From a virus, in IMG/VR virus record IMGVR_UViG_3300044627_003356: 64,000 nt of DNA; one strand, written 5' to 3'. Both the position numbers and the translations under genes were made by a program. Below, piece by piece: positions 30,417-39,624 of the stretch. Each line of letters begins with the position of its first letter. The stretch's first letter is position 1. The notes under the pieces are model-generated. The model had not been told where the DNA came from, did no database searches, and worked only from the letters and a program-made list of their open reading frames with translations.

Positions 30417-31798
30417 TATAATTTAACTGTATTTTGCCAAACACCAGAATCATTGTTGATACCAGTATATGGTTTAGGTGTGCTATCTTTCGCAATTTCA
30501 AGGACAGTTTGAAATGCTGTTGGTTGTATAATGTGCCTTACAGCAGTCACCAAATATTTACCAGAGTAAAATTCGTCCAAGTTTTTTGTTTCTGTGGTTG
30601 GTTTTAAAGTTAGTAAATTAAAGTTAATTGTTCGACCAACAGTAATTCCTGAATCACCAGGTATTTTAATCTTTAACACAGTATAGTTTGCCAATGAAAT
30701 TTGAGCAGTTCTATTTGGCACATATGTTTCAATTGCAATGTTTTTGGCAACACCATCAACAACTTGCTTTATATATGGCTGATTTTGTTGAAAAGCATTA
30801 CTAGTAGCCACCTTAAATGAGGCATTGTAAGAATCAGAATTTGTTAATCCTAGTCTATTTTTTAATGTATTTGTTGGGCTTCCAGGATTTAATGTTTTTG
30901 CCTGAGATTTATATTTGATATAATTAAAATCTGTAACCTTACTTGTTCTAGACATGGTATCAAGAGATATAAGTCGATTTGACAATGTGCCAGAATTAAC
31001 ATCATTCATCATATCATAAACTTTAACAAACTCATAGTCTAAAACACTTATTGTTTTTTCTTGAAAAGATTGTGTTTTATCTTCTATACCTTGTTGTTGA
31101 TATTTGTATGTGGTATAAATGTTATCTTTAAACATTGATTGCAAAGAACGGAAATTAAACCCGTCCTTTGTTTCAAAAAATAACATATCAGCACCAATTT
31201 CACCTGCACCTTTAGGCCTTGCATATGTTGACAACCAGCTGATTGCTTCAAAAGGTTTGAAACGAGGCACAATAAAATCATTTATACCATTTGTTTTCTC
31301 AATTCGTATTTTCTCTTTTTTTACTTTTAATTTGTCAACTAATATATCAGTAATAACCTTATCAATTTCTTTACCTTTGTATGACTTACTAATCTTAGTT
31401 TGTTCTGATAATAATAATTCTTCCGAGCAAAAGTAAAAAGTATAATATTCAGAGTTTAAGTTACCAACAGGTTTTCTATCTCCTATTTTGTATACTCGAT
31501 ATACTTGTTTATTTGTATTTGAAGCATTTTTAGATTTTGCAAAGATTATTTCAACAAATTCATTTCCTGTCAAATCCAACAGCTCAATATATCCTTGAGC
31601 ATCTACAATCGTAACATAACCAGACACAGAAAAACTGTAGATATCTTCATAATATGATAATTCTATTAACAACTTTTTCATTTCAAATCGTTGGCCAGAA
31701 CCTGTTAAAAAATTAATAGATTCTAAAGAATAATCTTGCGGATAATACGCACCAGGATTTTCTACATCGGTGTAAATATTTTGGTCAATTTCAGCCAT
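30416..31798 (-). CDS. baseplate hub protein (gp27-like)
   Basis: Position between gp53 and gp5; YEDI...SG...I.D; FFET.DGFNF.S...; SGKYLVTAVRH. Confidence 0.65.
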   Translation of the reverse strand: MAEIDQNIYTDVENPGAYYPQDYSLESINFLTGSGQRFEMKKLLIELSYYEDIYSFSVSGYVTIVDAQGYIELLDLTGNEFVEIIFAKSKNASNTNKQVYRVYKIGDRKPVGNLNSEYYTFYFCSEELLLSEQTKISKSYKGKEIDKVITDILVDKLKVKKEKIRIEKTNGINDFIVPRFKPFEAISWLSTYARPKGAGEIGADMLFFETKDGFNFRSLQSMFKDNIYTTYKYQQQGIEDKTQSFQEKTISVLDYEFVKVYDMMNDVNSGTLSNRLISLDTMSRTSKVTDFNYIKYKSQAKTLNPGSPTNTLKNRLGLTNSDSYNASFKVATSNAFQQNQPYIKQVVDGVAKNIAIETYVPNRTAQISLANYTVLKIKIPGDSGITVGRTINFNLLTLKPTTETKNLDEFYSGKYLVTAVRHIIQPTAFQTVLEIAKDSTPKPYTGINNDSGVWQNTVKL

Positions 31799-31801
31799 AT
31801 T

Positions 31802-32401
31802 TTAAGCAGCCATCAAATCAGTAAATTGTTTTTCTAATTGGTCAACATAAGCAGAATTTAAAATTCTAATACTTCTTTTTGATTCATTTAAATTTAATTC
31901 ATAGTCATAATAACTTACAGCAGCCTTTGTGGTAGTGATTGTTACACTTCCTGTTGGTAACACATAAGTGCTAGTACCTATGACCAATGAGTTATATGTA
32001 TCTTCATCAATAACGATGTTTTTGGTTGTAGTGGTTTGAGTTGATGCATCGTATTGTGTAACAATTTTTTCATAATGTTGCACAGTTGAATAAGGATTAA
32101 ATGAAGTATACTTATTTGCTATGTAAGCATCAAAATCATTAGTTGATAATGGCCAATCCCATTGTGGGTCTGTTATTTGATTTGCAAATAAAACAATCCA
32201 ATATCGATAAGAATCACCATAGTATTTGTATGCCACAATTTCAGGTGTGTCACCATCTTGCACATCGTAGTCATAATACACCATTGGATTTTTTAATATC
32301 TCAGGTATAATGGAACACCGAGCCATCAAATCGGTCATAACAACAGAATTACGATTTGCGTCTGTCTTTATAATTTTTGGTAATGTATTAAAATATTGCA
32401 T
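31802..32401 (-). CDS. gp53: baseplate wedge protein gp53
   Basis: YF...P; Y.V.DGDTPE.VA.KYYG...YW.VL..N...DP..DWP; YE...NE.KR.I. Confidence 0.9.
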   Translation of the reverse strand: MQYFNTLPKIIKTDANRNSVVMTDLMARCSIIPEILKNPMVYYDYDVQDGDTPEIVAYKYYGDSYRYWIVLFANQITDPQWDWPLSTNDFDAYIANKYTSFNPYSTVQHYEKIVTQYDASTQTTTTKNIVIDEDTYNSLVIGTSTYVLPTGSVTITTTKAAVSYYDYELNLNESKRSIRILNSAYVDQLEKQFTDLMAA

Positions 32402-32402
32402 T

Positions 32403-33347
32403 TTAATATCCCTGTTCTATTCTATCTCTTGTCAAGAGTTCGATTTCTTTAAAATTAATAGTTAATTGAATTTGAGTTGGTGCACCATCAGATTGAGTGG
32501 TAAAACCATTTGGTGCATAATTCACATCAATATTTTCTATAACACTTTTTGTTATCTTATTAATTTTTTTATTTTCTTGACCATTAAAAAAGAATTTTGG
32601 TGTAAAAATAGAGGGTGGTACAAAAAACATACCGGCTGAACCTGTAGCAAGTCGAGGAGCGGCATGAACTTTAAATAGTTTAATAATCTTTTCTACAGTT
32701 GCGGCTTCTTGTCTTGAATATGGTGTAAATGTAAAAGCCATTTGATAAGTTCTAAAATCAATACCTTCAAACAAAATTTGTTGTTGTGGGTTAAAAGCGT
32801 AACCTTGACCTCTTAATAATAATTTGGCTGGTCCTGAATTAATGGCTCCCAAAACAGTTTTAGCTGCTTTACCAATAATAGGTGTTTGTTGTGCTGCAGT
32901 GGCTAAACTTAATTTGTCATACTGAGCTGCATATGTAAAGTTTACTGTTTCTGGAATATATAATGAAATTGTTCCAACTGTTTTTAATTCTGGCTGAGTG
33001 AACTGAACTGATTTTAAAATACTGTTCGGATCTTCACGAAACTTAGAAATACCACTAGCTAATTGATTGTATGTTTCTAAAGGACTCGTAATTGCATCTG
33101 TGATTCCAGCGGCCGCTGACTTGGCTGCACCAAGAAGTTTATCTGTTACTTCATTAAATGTGGCTGGTTTAATTTCACCAATTGTAAACTGAACATAATG
33201 GCCTCTGGTGGCCGATTGCAAATCTCTTGGATACTGTAAATCGGTTCGACCAAACTTGTTTTGATAAAGAGCACCAAGTGGTCCGTTGACTACTGCACCG
33301 GGTATGGATACACCGCCGATGGATGTTGGTATTGAAATGATAGCCAT
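32403..33347 (-). CDS. gp48: baseplate tail-tube cap gp48-like
   Basis: I.LYIP; NP....LF.G..FR...F.F.P.S..EA..V..II..FK; V.Y.P.G...DG.P....L...F.E. Confidence 0.8.
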   Translation of the reverse strand: MAIISIPTSIGGVSIPGAVVNGPLGALYQNKFGRTDLQYPRDLQSATRGHYVQFTIGEIKPATFNEVTDKLLGAAKSAAAGITDAITSPLETYNQLASGISKFREDPNSILKSVQFTQPELKTVGTISLYIPETVNFTYAAQYDKLSLATAAQQTPIIGKAAKTVLGAINSGPAKLLLRGQGYAFNPQQQILFEGIDFRTYQMAFTFTPYSRQEAATVEKIIKLFKVHAAPRLATGSAGMFFVPPSIFTPKFFFNGQENKKINKITKSVIENIDVNYAPNGFTTQSDGAPTQIQLTINFKEIELLTRDRIEQGY

Positions 33348-33385
33348 TAGGTTGTCCTAAAAGAGAGATACATAATACTATATTT

Positions 33386-33823
33386 ATGGCATATTCTGGA
33401 CGATTTACACCCTCTAACCCCCAAAAATACATTGGGGATTATAATAATATCATCTACCGCAGTTCGTGGGAGGTGAGGTTTATGCATCATTTTGATAAAG
33501 CCGATTGGTGTGTTTCGTGGTCAAGTGAAGAAACTGCCATTCCTTATATGTCACCAGTAGACGGCCGATACCATAGATACTTTCCTGATTTCATAATTAA
33601 AGTTCGTACCAAAGATGGCATTTTAAAGACATGGATGGTTGAAGTTAAACCAAAAAAACAGACACAGCCACCAGAAAAACAAAAAAGAGTGACAAAACGA
33701 TATATTACGGAAGTGACAACCTGGGGAGTTAATCAGGCAAAGTGGCAACAAGCTAAAGAATATTGTGCGGACCGAGGCTGGGACTTTGTAATATTAACGG
33801 AGGATCACCTACCGTCTTTTTAG
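33386..33823 (+). CDS. gp4: head completion nuclease gp4
   Basis: YSG.F.P.NP.KY.GD...I.YRSSWE; W.SEE..IPY.SP.D...HRYFPDF; EVKP..QT; NQAKW..A..YC. Confidence 0.93.
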   Translation: MAYSGRFTPSNPQKYIGDYNNIIYRSSWEVRFMHHFDKADWCVSWSSEETAIPYMSPVDGRYHRYFPDFIIKVRTKDGILKTWMVEVKPKKQTQPPEKQKRVTKRYITEVTTWGVNQAKWQQAKEYCADRGWDFVILTEDHLPSF

Positions 33824-34210
33824 TGCTTCCCTAATTAAAGCCAATTCTCGCATTTTTTGCTTAGTTTCTTCTGAATGTCCTTTTCCTTTTCGTGTTTTAG
33901 ACATCTTTAGTTTTGTTTCTTCGGAAGCTTTCTTACCAGTTTGTTTTAAAGATATTTTCTTTTTTGTTTCTAGAGTATGTTTTCCAGAAAAACCTTTGCA
34001 TTTACCTTTTAAACTATTGCTTATATTCTTTCTTTGTTGTTCTGTGTATTTGTAACCTGTGGTACCCATAGTTGCACCACCCCAACCGTTGTGGTTATAT
34101 TCAAAGCAGACGTCCTCATATTCTCTTGGTGTATATTCTATGTTGAAATGTCTACAAAGATTAATATCTACTATTCTTTGTTCTTCTTTGGTGAGCTTAT
34201 AAATACTCAT
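33809..34210 (-). CDS. NUMOD3 DNA-binding repeat protein (homing-endonuclease-derived, no nuclease domain)
   Basis: Four motifs: KYTEQQRKNIS, KHTLETKKKIS, KASEETKLKMS, GHSEETKQKMR. Confidence 0.8.
   Translation of the reverse strand: MSIYKLTKEEQRIVDINLCRHFNIEYTPREYEDVCFEYNHNGWGGATMGTTGYKYTEQQRKNISNSLKGKCKGFSGKHTLETKKKISLKQTGKKASEETKLKMSKTRKGKGHSEETKQKMRELALIREALKRR
34198..34205 (+). promoter_or_regulatory. late promoter TATAAATA for gp2, inside the first codons of the antisense NUMOD3 gene
   Basis: Exact motif, antisense to codons S-I-Y-K. Confidence 0.6.
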
Positions 34211-34235
34211 ACTGGCATTCCTTTACAATGTTAGA

Positions 34236-34277
34236 GTAGGCGGATACCGTTAATATCGTGGCCTACACCTATTTATA
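34236..34277 (-). promoter_or_regulatory. late promoter plus leader hairpin of the NUMOD3 gene
   Basis: TATAAATA (34270-34277) then GTAGGC...GATAT-TAACG-GTATC...GCCTAC, then AAGGAA SD. Confidence 0.6.
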
Positions 34278-34292
34278 ACACTTGGAAATATA

Positions 34293-34877
34293 TTGAGCTC
34301 TAAACTTACACAACTAGCAAGACAAAAAACCGCTTCGGAACTTCAAACGATGAGCCGAGATGCTTATCGTTGGATGACCAAGAAGATTAGTTCGCTTAGT
34401 AATCCTACAGGCATCGCTTCTACGATTGCACGAGAAGATAGAGGTAATCACTTTTACAATGGTGGTTTATATTTCTTTTATTATGATCCAAAAACAAAAG
34501 CAGATTTACCATATTATGACCGATTTCCATTGGTATTGGTACTCAACATTGAGGCAGATAGTTTTACTGGTTTGAACCTGCATTATTTACCAATTCAGTA
34601 CCGAGTCGCCTTTTTGGATAAATTGATGGATTTTGCGGTAGTTGACGGCAATAAAGACATACAGCGTATGAATGTCACCTACGACATATTAAACGCCTCC
34701 AGACGGTTTAAAGAGTTTAAACCATGCTTCAAAAAGTATCTGATGAGCCATGTTCAGTCAAAAATACTTGCCGTGCAGCCAAATGAATGGGACGTTGCGG
34801 CATTCTTGCCAATTCAACAGTTTAGAAAAGCTTCCACATCTCAGGTGTGGCAAGAATCACTAGAGCAGATACGATAA
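34293..34877 (+). CDS. gp2: DNA end protector protein gp2
   Basis: YFFYYDPKTK..LPYYD.FPLV; GLNLHYLP...R; KPC.K.YL..HV.S; LP..QF.K....VW..S; TTG start. Confidence 0.92.
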   Translation: MSSKLTQLARQKTASELQTMSRDAYRWMTKKISSLSNPTGIASTIAREDRGNHFYNGGLYFFYYDPKTKADLPYYDRFPLVLVLNIEADSFTGLNLHYLPIQYRVAFLDKLMDFAVVDGNKDIQRMNVTYDILNASRRFKEFKPCFKKYLMSHVQSKILAVQPNEWDVAAFLPIQQFRKASTSQVWQESLEQIR

Positions 34878-34886
34878 GGAAACAAA

Positions 34887-35597
34887 ATGGCAGGTTCGAT
34901 TACCGAATTTAAAGCAAGTTTTAGAAAAGAAATTGCACGACCAAATAAGTTTGATGTCAACATTCCTGTTCCATTAACTTTGATACCTTATGTCAATAAT
35001 GCAAAGAGTTTGAACTATCGGTGTGAAAGTGCTAGTTTACCTGGCAGGTCTTTGGCAACAACAGAACAAAAGATTGGTTCAAATCCTGTTGAGAAATATC
35101 CTTATCTTACAACATTTAATGATATACAATTAACATTCATTGTTGATGATGATATGAGCCAAAAGGTATTTTTTGACGCTTGGTTAAACTTTATCAACCC
35201 ACAATACAATTACAATTTTAGATACAAAGGTGATTATGCAACAGTTATTACTGTAAATCAGTATGACGTTACGAATCAAATATCATATTCTTGTAATTTA
35301 TATGATGCTTATCCTGTTTCTATTGAAGCTTTAGATTTAGATTGGGCGGTTGATGGTTATCACAAACTAAGAGTTACTTTTGCATACACATACTGGCAGA
35401 ACAATTCGTTGCAGGCTTACGGTATGCAATTGGTTGATGCCGGTATTGCAGCTGTTTCTGATGCAATTGGTGGTTTAGGTGGTAATGCAATTGGTGCTTT
35501 AGGTCAAGCGGGTAATTTAATTCCAAATTCCTTAGCGACTCAAAATATACCTTCAATACCAAACGAGCAGACACCAAGGCAACTACCGAATGTGTAA
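34887..35597 (+). CDS. gp54: tail tube initiator gp54 / gp19-family protein
   Basis: ARPNKF.V; CE.A.LPG; LTF..D.D...K..F..W; AYP..I....L.W; V.FAY..W. Confidence 0.75.
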   Translation: MAGSITEFKASFRKEIARPNKFDVNIPVPLTLIPYVNNAKSLNYRCESASLPGRSLATTEQKIGSNPVEKYPYLTTFNDIQLTFIVDDDMSQKVFFDAWLNFINPQYNYNFRYKGDYATVITVNQYDVTNQISYSCNLYDAYPVSIEALDLDWAVDGYHKLRVTFAYTYWQNNSLQAYGMQLVDAGIAAVSDAIGGLGGNAIGALGQAGNLIPNSLATQNIPSIPNEQTPRQLPNV

Positions 35598-35628
35598 TAA
35601 TTTTATTAATTTATTATAGGAGTTAATT

Positions 35629-36354
35629 ATGGCTTTACCAAAACTTGACGTGCCGACATATGAAATTGAGTTGCCGGTTTCAAAAACTAAAATTAAATAT
35701 AGACCGTTTCTTGTTAAAGAACAAAGAAATCTATTAATGGCGATTGAATCGTCTGAATCGTCTACCATTCAACAGAACATTAAAGACATTTTGTATAACT
35801 GCACACTTACTGAAGGTGTGAACATAGAGAAGTTGCCCATCATTGATGTTGAATATTACTTCGTCAATCTTCGTGCCAAATCAGTTGGTGAGATAGTTGA
35901 ATCACGGTATCGTTGTAATAATGTGGTTGACGATGTTGAATGTGGTAATATTATGGAGAAAGAAGTTGATTTAACTCAAATTCAGGTACAAATGAATGAA
36001 GATGTTTCGGCTGAGATTAATCTCACATCAAACATTTCAATTAAGTTAAAGTATCCAGAGTTTGGTATTGTTAAAGATTCTTTGCAATATGAAAATATTA
36101 ATGATGTCACCTTTCATATGATTGCACAGAGTATTGAATACATTTATGATGGTGAACAATTTTACTACGCAACTGAATCAACACCAGAAGAATTAATGGA
36201 GTTTGTTGAAGGTTTAAACCAAGAACAATTTGGTAAGATAGAAAACTTTTTTAATAATTTACCAAAACTAAAAGAAACATTAGATATTAAATGTAACAAA
36301 TGTGGTTTTGACCACAAAATTGAAGTAGAAGGACTTGAAAGTTTTTTCGTTTAA
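35629..36354 (+). CDS. gp26: baseplate hub assembly protein gp26
   Basis: MALPK...PTY...LP....IKYRPFLVKE..LLMA; DVEY.F..LRAKSVGE; C..C.......EGL.SFF. Confidence 0.9.
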   Translation: MALPKLDVPTYEIELPVSKTKIKYRPFLVKEQRNLLMAIESSESSTIQQNIKDILYNCTLTEGVNIEKLPIIDVEYYFVNLRAKSVGEIVESRYRCNNVVDDVECGNIMEKEVDLTQIQVQMNEDVSAEINLTSNISIKLKYPEFGIVKDSLQYENINDVTFHMIAQSIEYIYDGEQFYYATESTPEELMEFVEGLNQEQFGKIENFFNNLPKLKETLDIKCNKCGFDHKIEVEGLESFFV

Positions 36355-36539
36355 TATTTCGTCATGACAATTTAAAGAATTACTATAAGACAAACTTTGC
36401 GTTGATACATCACCATAAGTATAGTTTGTCAGAGCTTGAAAATATGATGCCTTGGGAGCGGGACATTTACGTTTCTATGTTGATTGCGTATATTGAAGAA
36501 GAAAACCAAAAGATACGGGAAAGACAAAGAAAAAAGTAA
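36342..36539 (+). CDS. gp51: gp51-like baseplate hub assembly catalyst (probably expressed as a -1 frameshift fusion to gp26)
   Basis: Not in ORF track; reads FFRLIFRHDNLKNYYKTNFALIHHHKYSLSELENMMPWERDIYVSMLIAYIEEEN...*; first ATG only at 36444. Confidence 0.8.
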   Translation, partial: FFRLIFRHDNLKNYYKTNFALIHHHKYSLSELENMMPWERDIYVSMLIAYIEEENQKIRERQRKK

Positions 36540-38183
36540 ATGGAATACGGCAAAGCTGAAGGCATACGAAAAAAAGGACTAGCAGGCCTCATCACCGACA
36601 ATTTGGTTGAAGGTCAAGGCATTGGTTCGTCTTTTGGTTCTGCTATATCCGATAGAACCAAAGCCACATTCACTGGCATTCAAGAAAAGTTCGACCCACT
36701 CAATATTGCCAAGAAACTTACTGGCGGTTCTAATCTAGCACCAGCACTTCTCGGCCGTTTAATGGGTCGTAAACAATCCACAATAGAACATTTTGCCAAA
36801 CCAAGAAAAAGACCTTCTGCACGAGGAGTTAATTTTGAAACTGGTGGTGCATTAGAAGAAGGTGGTGAAGCAACTAAAGTATTGGGAATGATTTATGAAG
36901 AATTAAAAATGGCTGAAGAAACTCGAAAGTCATTGGCCAAAGCCAGAAGAAATGAAGATGATGCAAATGAGGAAAGAGAAACACAAAGAAATAAAGCCAT
37001 CATTGCAGCTTTGACGGTCAGAAAGAAAAAAGAAGAAGAAGATAAAAAGAAAAGAAAAAAGAAAGAAGAAGTAAAAGAAAAACCTGGTGCACCAACAAAA
37101 CCTACACCACCAGGTAAAGGTAAAGGCAAAGGTAAAAAACCTGCTAAAGAAGCACCAAAAGAACCTGCTAAAGAAGCACCAAAGCCTCCTACTAAAGAAG
37201 CACCAAAGCCACCAGTTAAAGAAGCACCAAAGCCTCCTGCTAAAGAAGCAGAAAAACCCACGGCCGCACCTGCACCAAAACCAGAAGTAAAGCCACCCTC
37301 GGCAGCGCCTGCTCCCAAGCCTGAAGTTAAGCCGTCAACTACGGCACCTGCACCAAAACCAGAAGTAAAACCACCAACAGCAACACCAACTGCTAAACCT
37401 CCAATAGTTGGTGGTGCGGCAGGTAAACTAGGTGGGTCTGCAGCAATCGTCATTTCTTCATTGGCTGCTGCTGGCCTTTCTTCTAAAGCACAAGCAAATG
37501 TATTGGCACAAGTAAAATCAGAATCTAATTTCGTGGCAAAAAGTGAAAATTTAAATTATTCTTCCGCAAAAGCAATTCAAAATACTTTTGGTAAAAATAG
37601 AATACCTAGTGAAGAATTTGCTCAACAATTTGTTAAAAATCCAGAAGCACTAGCAAATCATGTATATGCAAAAACAGATGGTAATTCTCAACCAGGTGAC
37701 GGGTGGAAATATAGAGGCCGAGGTTTTTTACAAATTACAGGAAAAAATGCATATAAATCTTTAGGTGATTATCTTAAAATGGATTTAATTTCTAATCCAG
37801 ATTTACTTAATAGTCCTGAAGTTGCTGCAAAATCTATACCTTGGTTCTTTTTAAATTATAAATCATATTTAACTAAAGGAGATCCAAAATCTCTTGAAAA
37901 TATATCATTAGTAAATAAAGCCGTTGGTTTTTCTGATCCTACAGGTGAAAAAGCTACCAAACGAGCGGAATTGGCTTTAGAATTTGAATCACAAGGTTTA
38001 AACACCGGTAATCAAATTAACGCAGCTTCTGTTGAAAATAAAGATTTGAAACAAACTGAATCAGATAAGAATGCAAACATTGTAAATACCACCAATGTTA
38101 ATCAAACAAATAATACACAACAAACAAATAAAAAACAAAAAGAGAATGACAGGCCAGCAATTCTTGAAAAGAGTAAAGGTTAA
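36540..38183 (+). CDS. tape-measure-like protein A with GH19 lysozyme/chitinase domain
   Basis: After gp26/51; PAKEAPK/PAPKPEVK linker; AQ...ES....ENLNYS...LAN.VY...GDGWKYRGRG.LQ.TGK..Y. Confidence 0.75.
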   Translation: MEYGKAEGIRKKGLAGLITDNLVEGQGIGSSFGSAISDRTKATFTGIQEKFDPLNIAKKLTGGSNLAPALLGRLMGRKQSTIEHFAKPRKRPSARGVNFETGGALEEGGEATKVLGMIYEELKMAEETRKSLAKARRNEDDANEERETQRNKAIIAALTVRKKKEEEDKKKRKKKEEVKEKPGAPTKPTPPGKGKGKGKKPAKEAPKEPAKEAPKPPTKEAPKPPVKEAPKPPAKEAEKPTAAPAPKPEVKPPSAAPAPKPEVKPSTTAPAPKPEVKPPTATPTAKPPIVGGAAGKLGGSAAIVISSLAAAGLSSKAQANVLAQVKSESNFVAKSENLNYSSAKAIQNTFGKNRIPSEEFAQQFVKNPEALANHVYAKTDGNSQPGDGWKYRGRGFLQITGKNAYKSLGDYLKMDLISNPDLLNSPEVAAKSIPWFFLNYKSYLTKGDPKSLENISLVNKAVGFSDPTGEKATKRAELALEFESQGLNTGNQINAASVENKDLKQTESDKNANIVNTTNVNQTNNTQQTNKKQKENDRPAILEKSKG

Positions 38184-38185
38184 GA

Positions 38186-39556
38186 ATGAACTACGAACAA
38201 GCCGATAGAATAAGAAAAAAAACATTATCAGATAGAATCTCTGAGAAAATGGTCGGTGGAGAATCTTTTGGTAAATCCATTTCTAAATCCGTTTCAGAAG
38301 GCAGCCAAGCAAGAATGACAAACTTAAAGAAAAAGTTTGATCCAATGAACATTGCTAAATTTATGACTGGTGGTTCAAATTTAGCTCCTGCTCTTGTTGG
38401 TAGATTGATGGGTAGAAGTGAAAAGGATATGAAATATTTTACCGGTAAACAAGGTAAAATGGATACAGCATCAAAGATAAAACCCACTCGTGAAAATGAA
38501 GAAGGTATGTTAGAGATGCTGAATGAGATTTATCTTTTGTTAGAAGATTCTCGACACTCACTTAAAAATCTATCACCAACAGAAGAAGAAATATTTGAAA
38601 GGGAATTAAAAGCTAAACAACGGCATAAAGAATTGCTTGAGGCTTTAAAATATAAAACAACAAAAGAAGAAACGGCAACAAAGAAAGAAGAACCAGATGT
38701 TTCAATATTTGATAATATCTTGGATATGTTTGGATTAAAAGACCTTGGTAAATTAGCAATTAGAGGATTGGGAAGTTTAGCAACAGCCGCTGTTACTGGT
38801 GCTGGTGGAGTTTTATTAGGCGGAGCAGCTGCAGCTGGTATTGCTTATTTCATGTATAAAGTTTTGACTGATGAATCCAGTTACGATAAAGATCCAAACT
38901 CACCTTTTAATTTGGCCTTAAAACAAGCAGAATCAGTTGGTGGCCTTGCCGGTGTTAAAGATGAGGAAGACCGTATTAGAAAACTTCCTGAATATGAAAA
39001 AACAAAAGCTGAAATTGCCAATTTTGAAAAGAACTATAATGAAAGTGAAAAATTAAATGATGCACAATTAAAAGGATATGCAGAGAGAGGTCCAGAAGCT
39101 GCACGAGCAGTTCAAGATTATAAAATTGAAAGAGATAAGTTACTTGGCAAACCGGCTACGGTACCAACATCAGCAACACCAAAGGCTGATTCAGGACCCA
39201 CAGCGACACCAAAGGCTGATTCAGGACCCACAGCGACACCAAAGGCTGATTCAGGACCCACAGCGACACCAAAGGCTGATTCAGGACCCACAGCGACACC
39301 AACGGCTTCAGCAGAATCTTCCGACACGGCCACACCAATGCCTTCGGCGCCTGCATCAGCAGCCGTAATGCCAGCAACTAATGAGAATTTAGAAATGAAT
39401 TTACCAACGGATTCAACTTCGGCTAATGAAACAATCAATACAACAAATATCAATGCACAAAATCAACCATCTCAAAGTGTTACCGAGATTCCTTCAGTAA
39501 GGAATATGGAAGAAACATTTCAAAGAATGATATTATACAGCACCAGAGTCGTATAA
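38186..39556 (+). CDS. tape-measure-like protein B (gp29 position)
   Basis: N-terminal ~85 aa paralogous to protein A; hydrophobic GAGG..LGG segment; P/T-rich repeat. Confidence 0.6.
   Translation: MNYEQADRIRKKTLSDRISEKMVGGESFGKSISKSVSEGSQARMTNLKKKFDPMNIAKFMTGGSNLAPALVGRLMGRSEKDMKYFTGKQGKMDTASKIKPTRENEEGMLEMLNEIYLLLEDSRHSLKNLSPTEEEIFERELKAKQRHKELLEALKYKTTKEETATKKEEPDVSIFDNILDMFGLKDLGKLAIRGLGSLATAAVTGAGGVLLGGAAAAGIAYFMYKVLTDESSYDKDPNSPFNLALKQAESVGGLAGVKDEEDRIRKLPEYEKTKAEIANFEKNYNESEKLNDAQLKGYAERGPEAARAVQDYKIERDKLLGKPATVPTSATPKADSGPTATPKADSGPTATPKADSGPTATPKADSGPTATPTASAESSDTATPMPSAPASAAVMPATNENLEMNLPTDSTSANETINTTNINAQNQPSQSVTEIPSVRNMEETFQRMILYSTRVV
39171..39302 (+). repeat. 30-nt tandem repeat, about 4.4 copies (ATPKADSGPT)
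   Basis: CAGCGACACCAAAGGCTGATTCAGGACCCA, near-perfect copies, in frame. Confidence 0.95.
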
Positions 39557-39561
39557 TAACC

Positions 39562-39600
39562 AAAAGAAAACCACACCGTATCTTTCGACAGAGGGTGTGG
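39562..39600 (-). terminator. intrinsic terminator after gp32 (between convergent genes)
   Basis: Minus strand CCACACC...GGTGTGG followed by TTTTCTTTT. Confidence 0.6.
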
Positions 39601-39624
39601 CCGTGTTACTCTTATATAGAAGAA

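Noticed and set aside
36893-37453. Long antisense ORFs (also 2631..3122, 3292..3714, 15585..15941, 39118..39453, 52398..52658 and similar)
   Set aside because: Shadow frames of Gly/Ala/Pro-rich or repetitive real genes, with no RBS or recognisable motifs
39171-39302. CRISPR array
   Set aside because: Repeats are contiguous with no spacers and are in frame within a CDS
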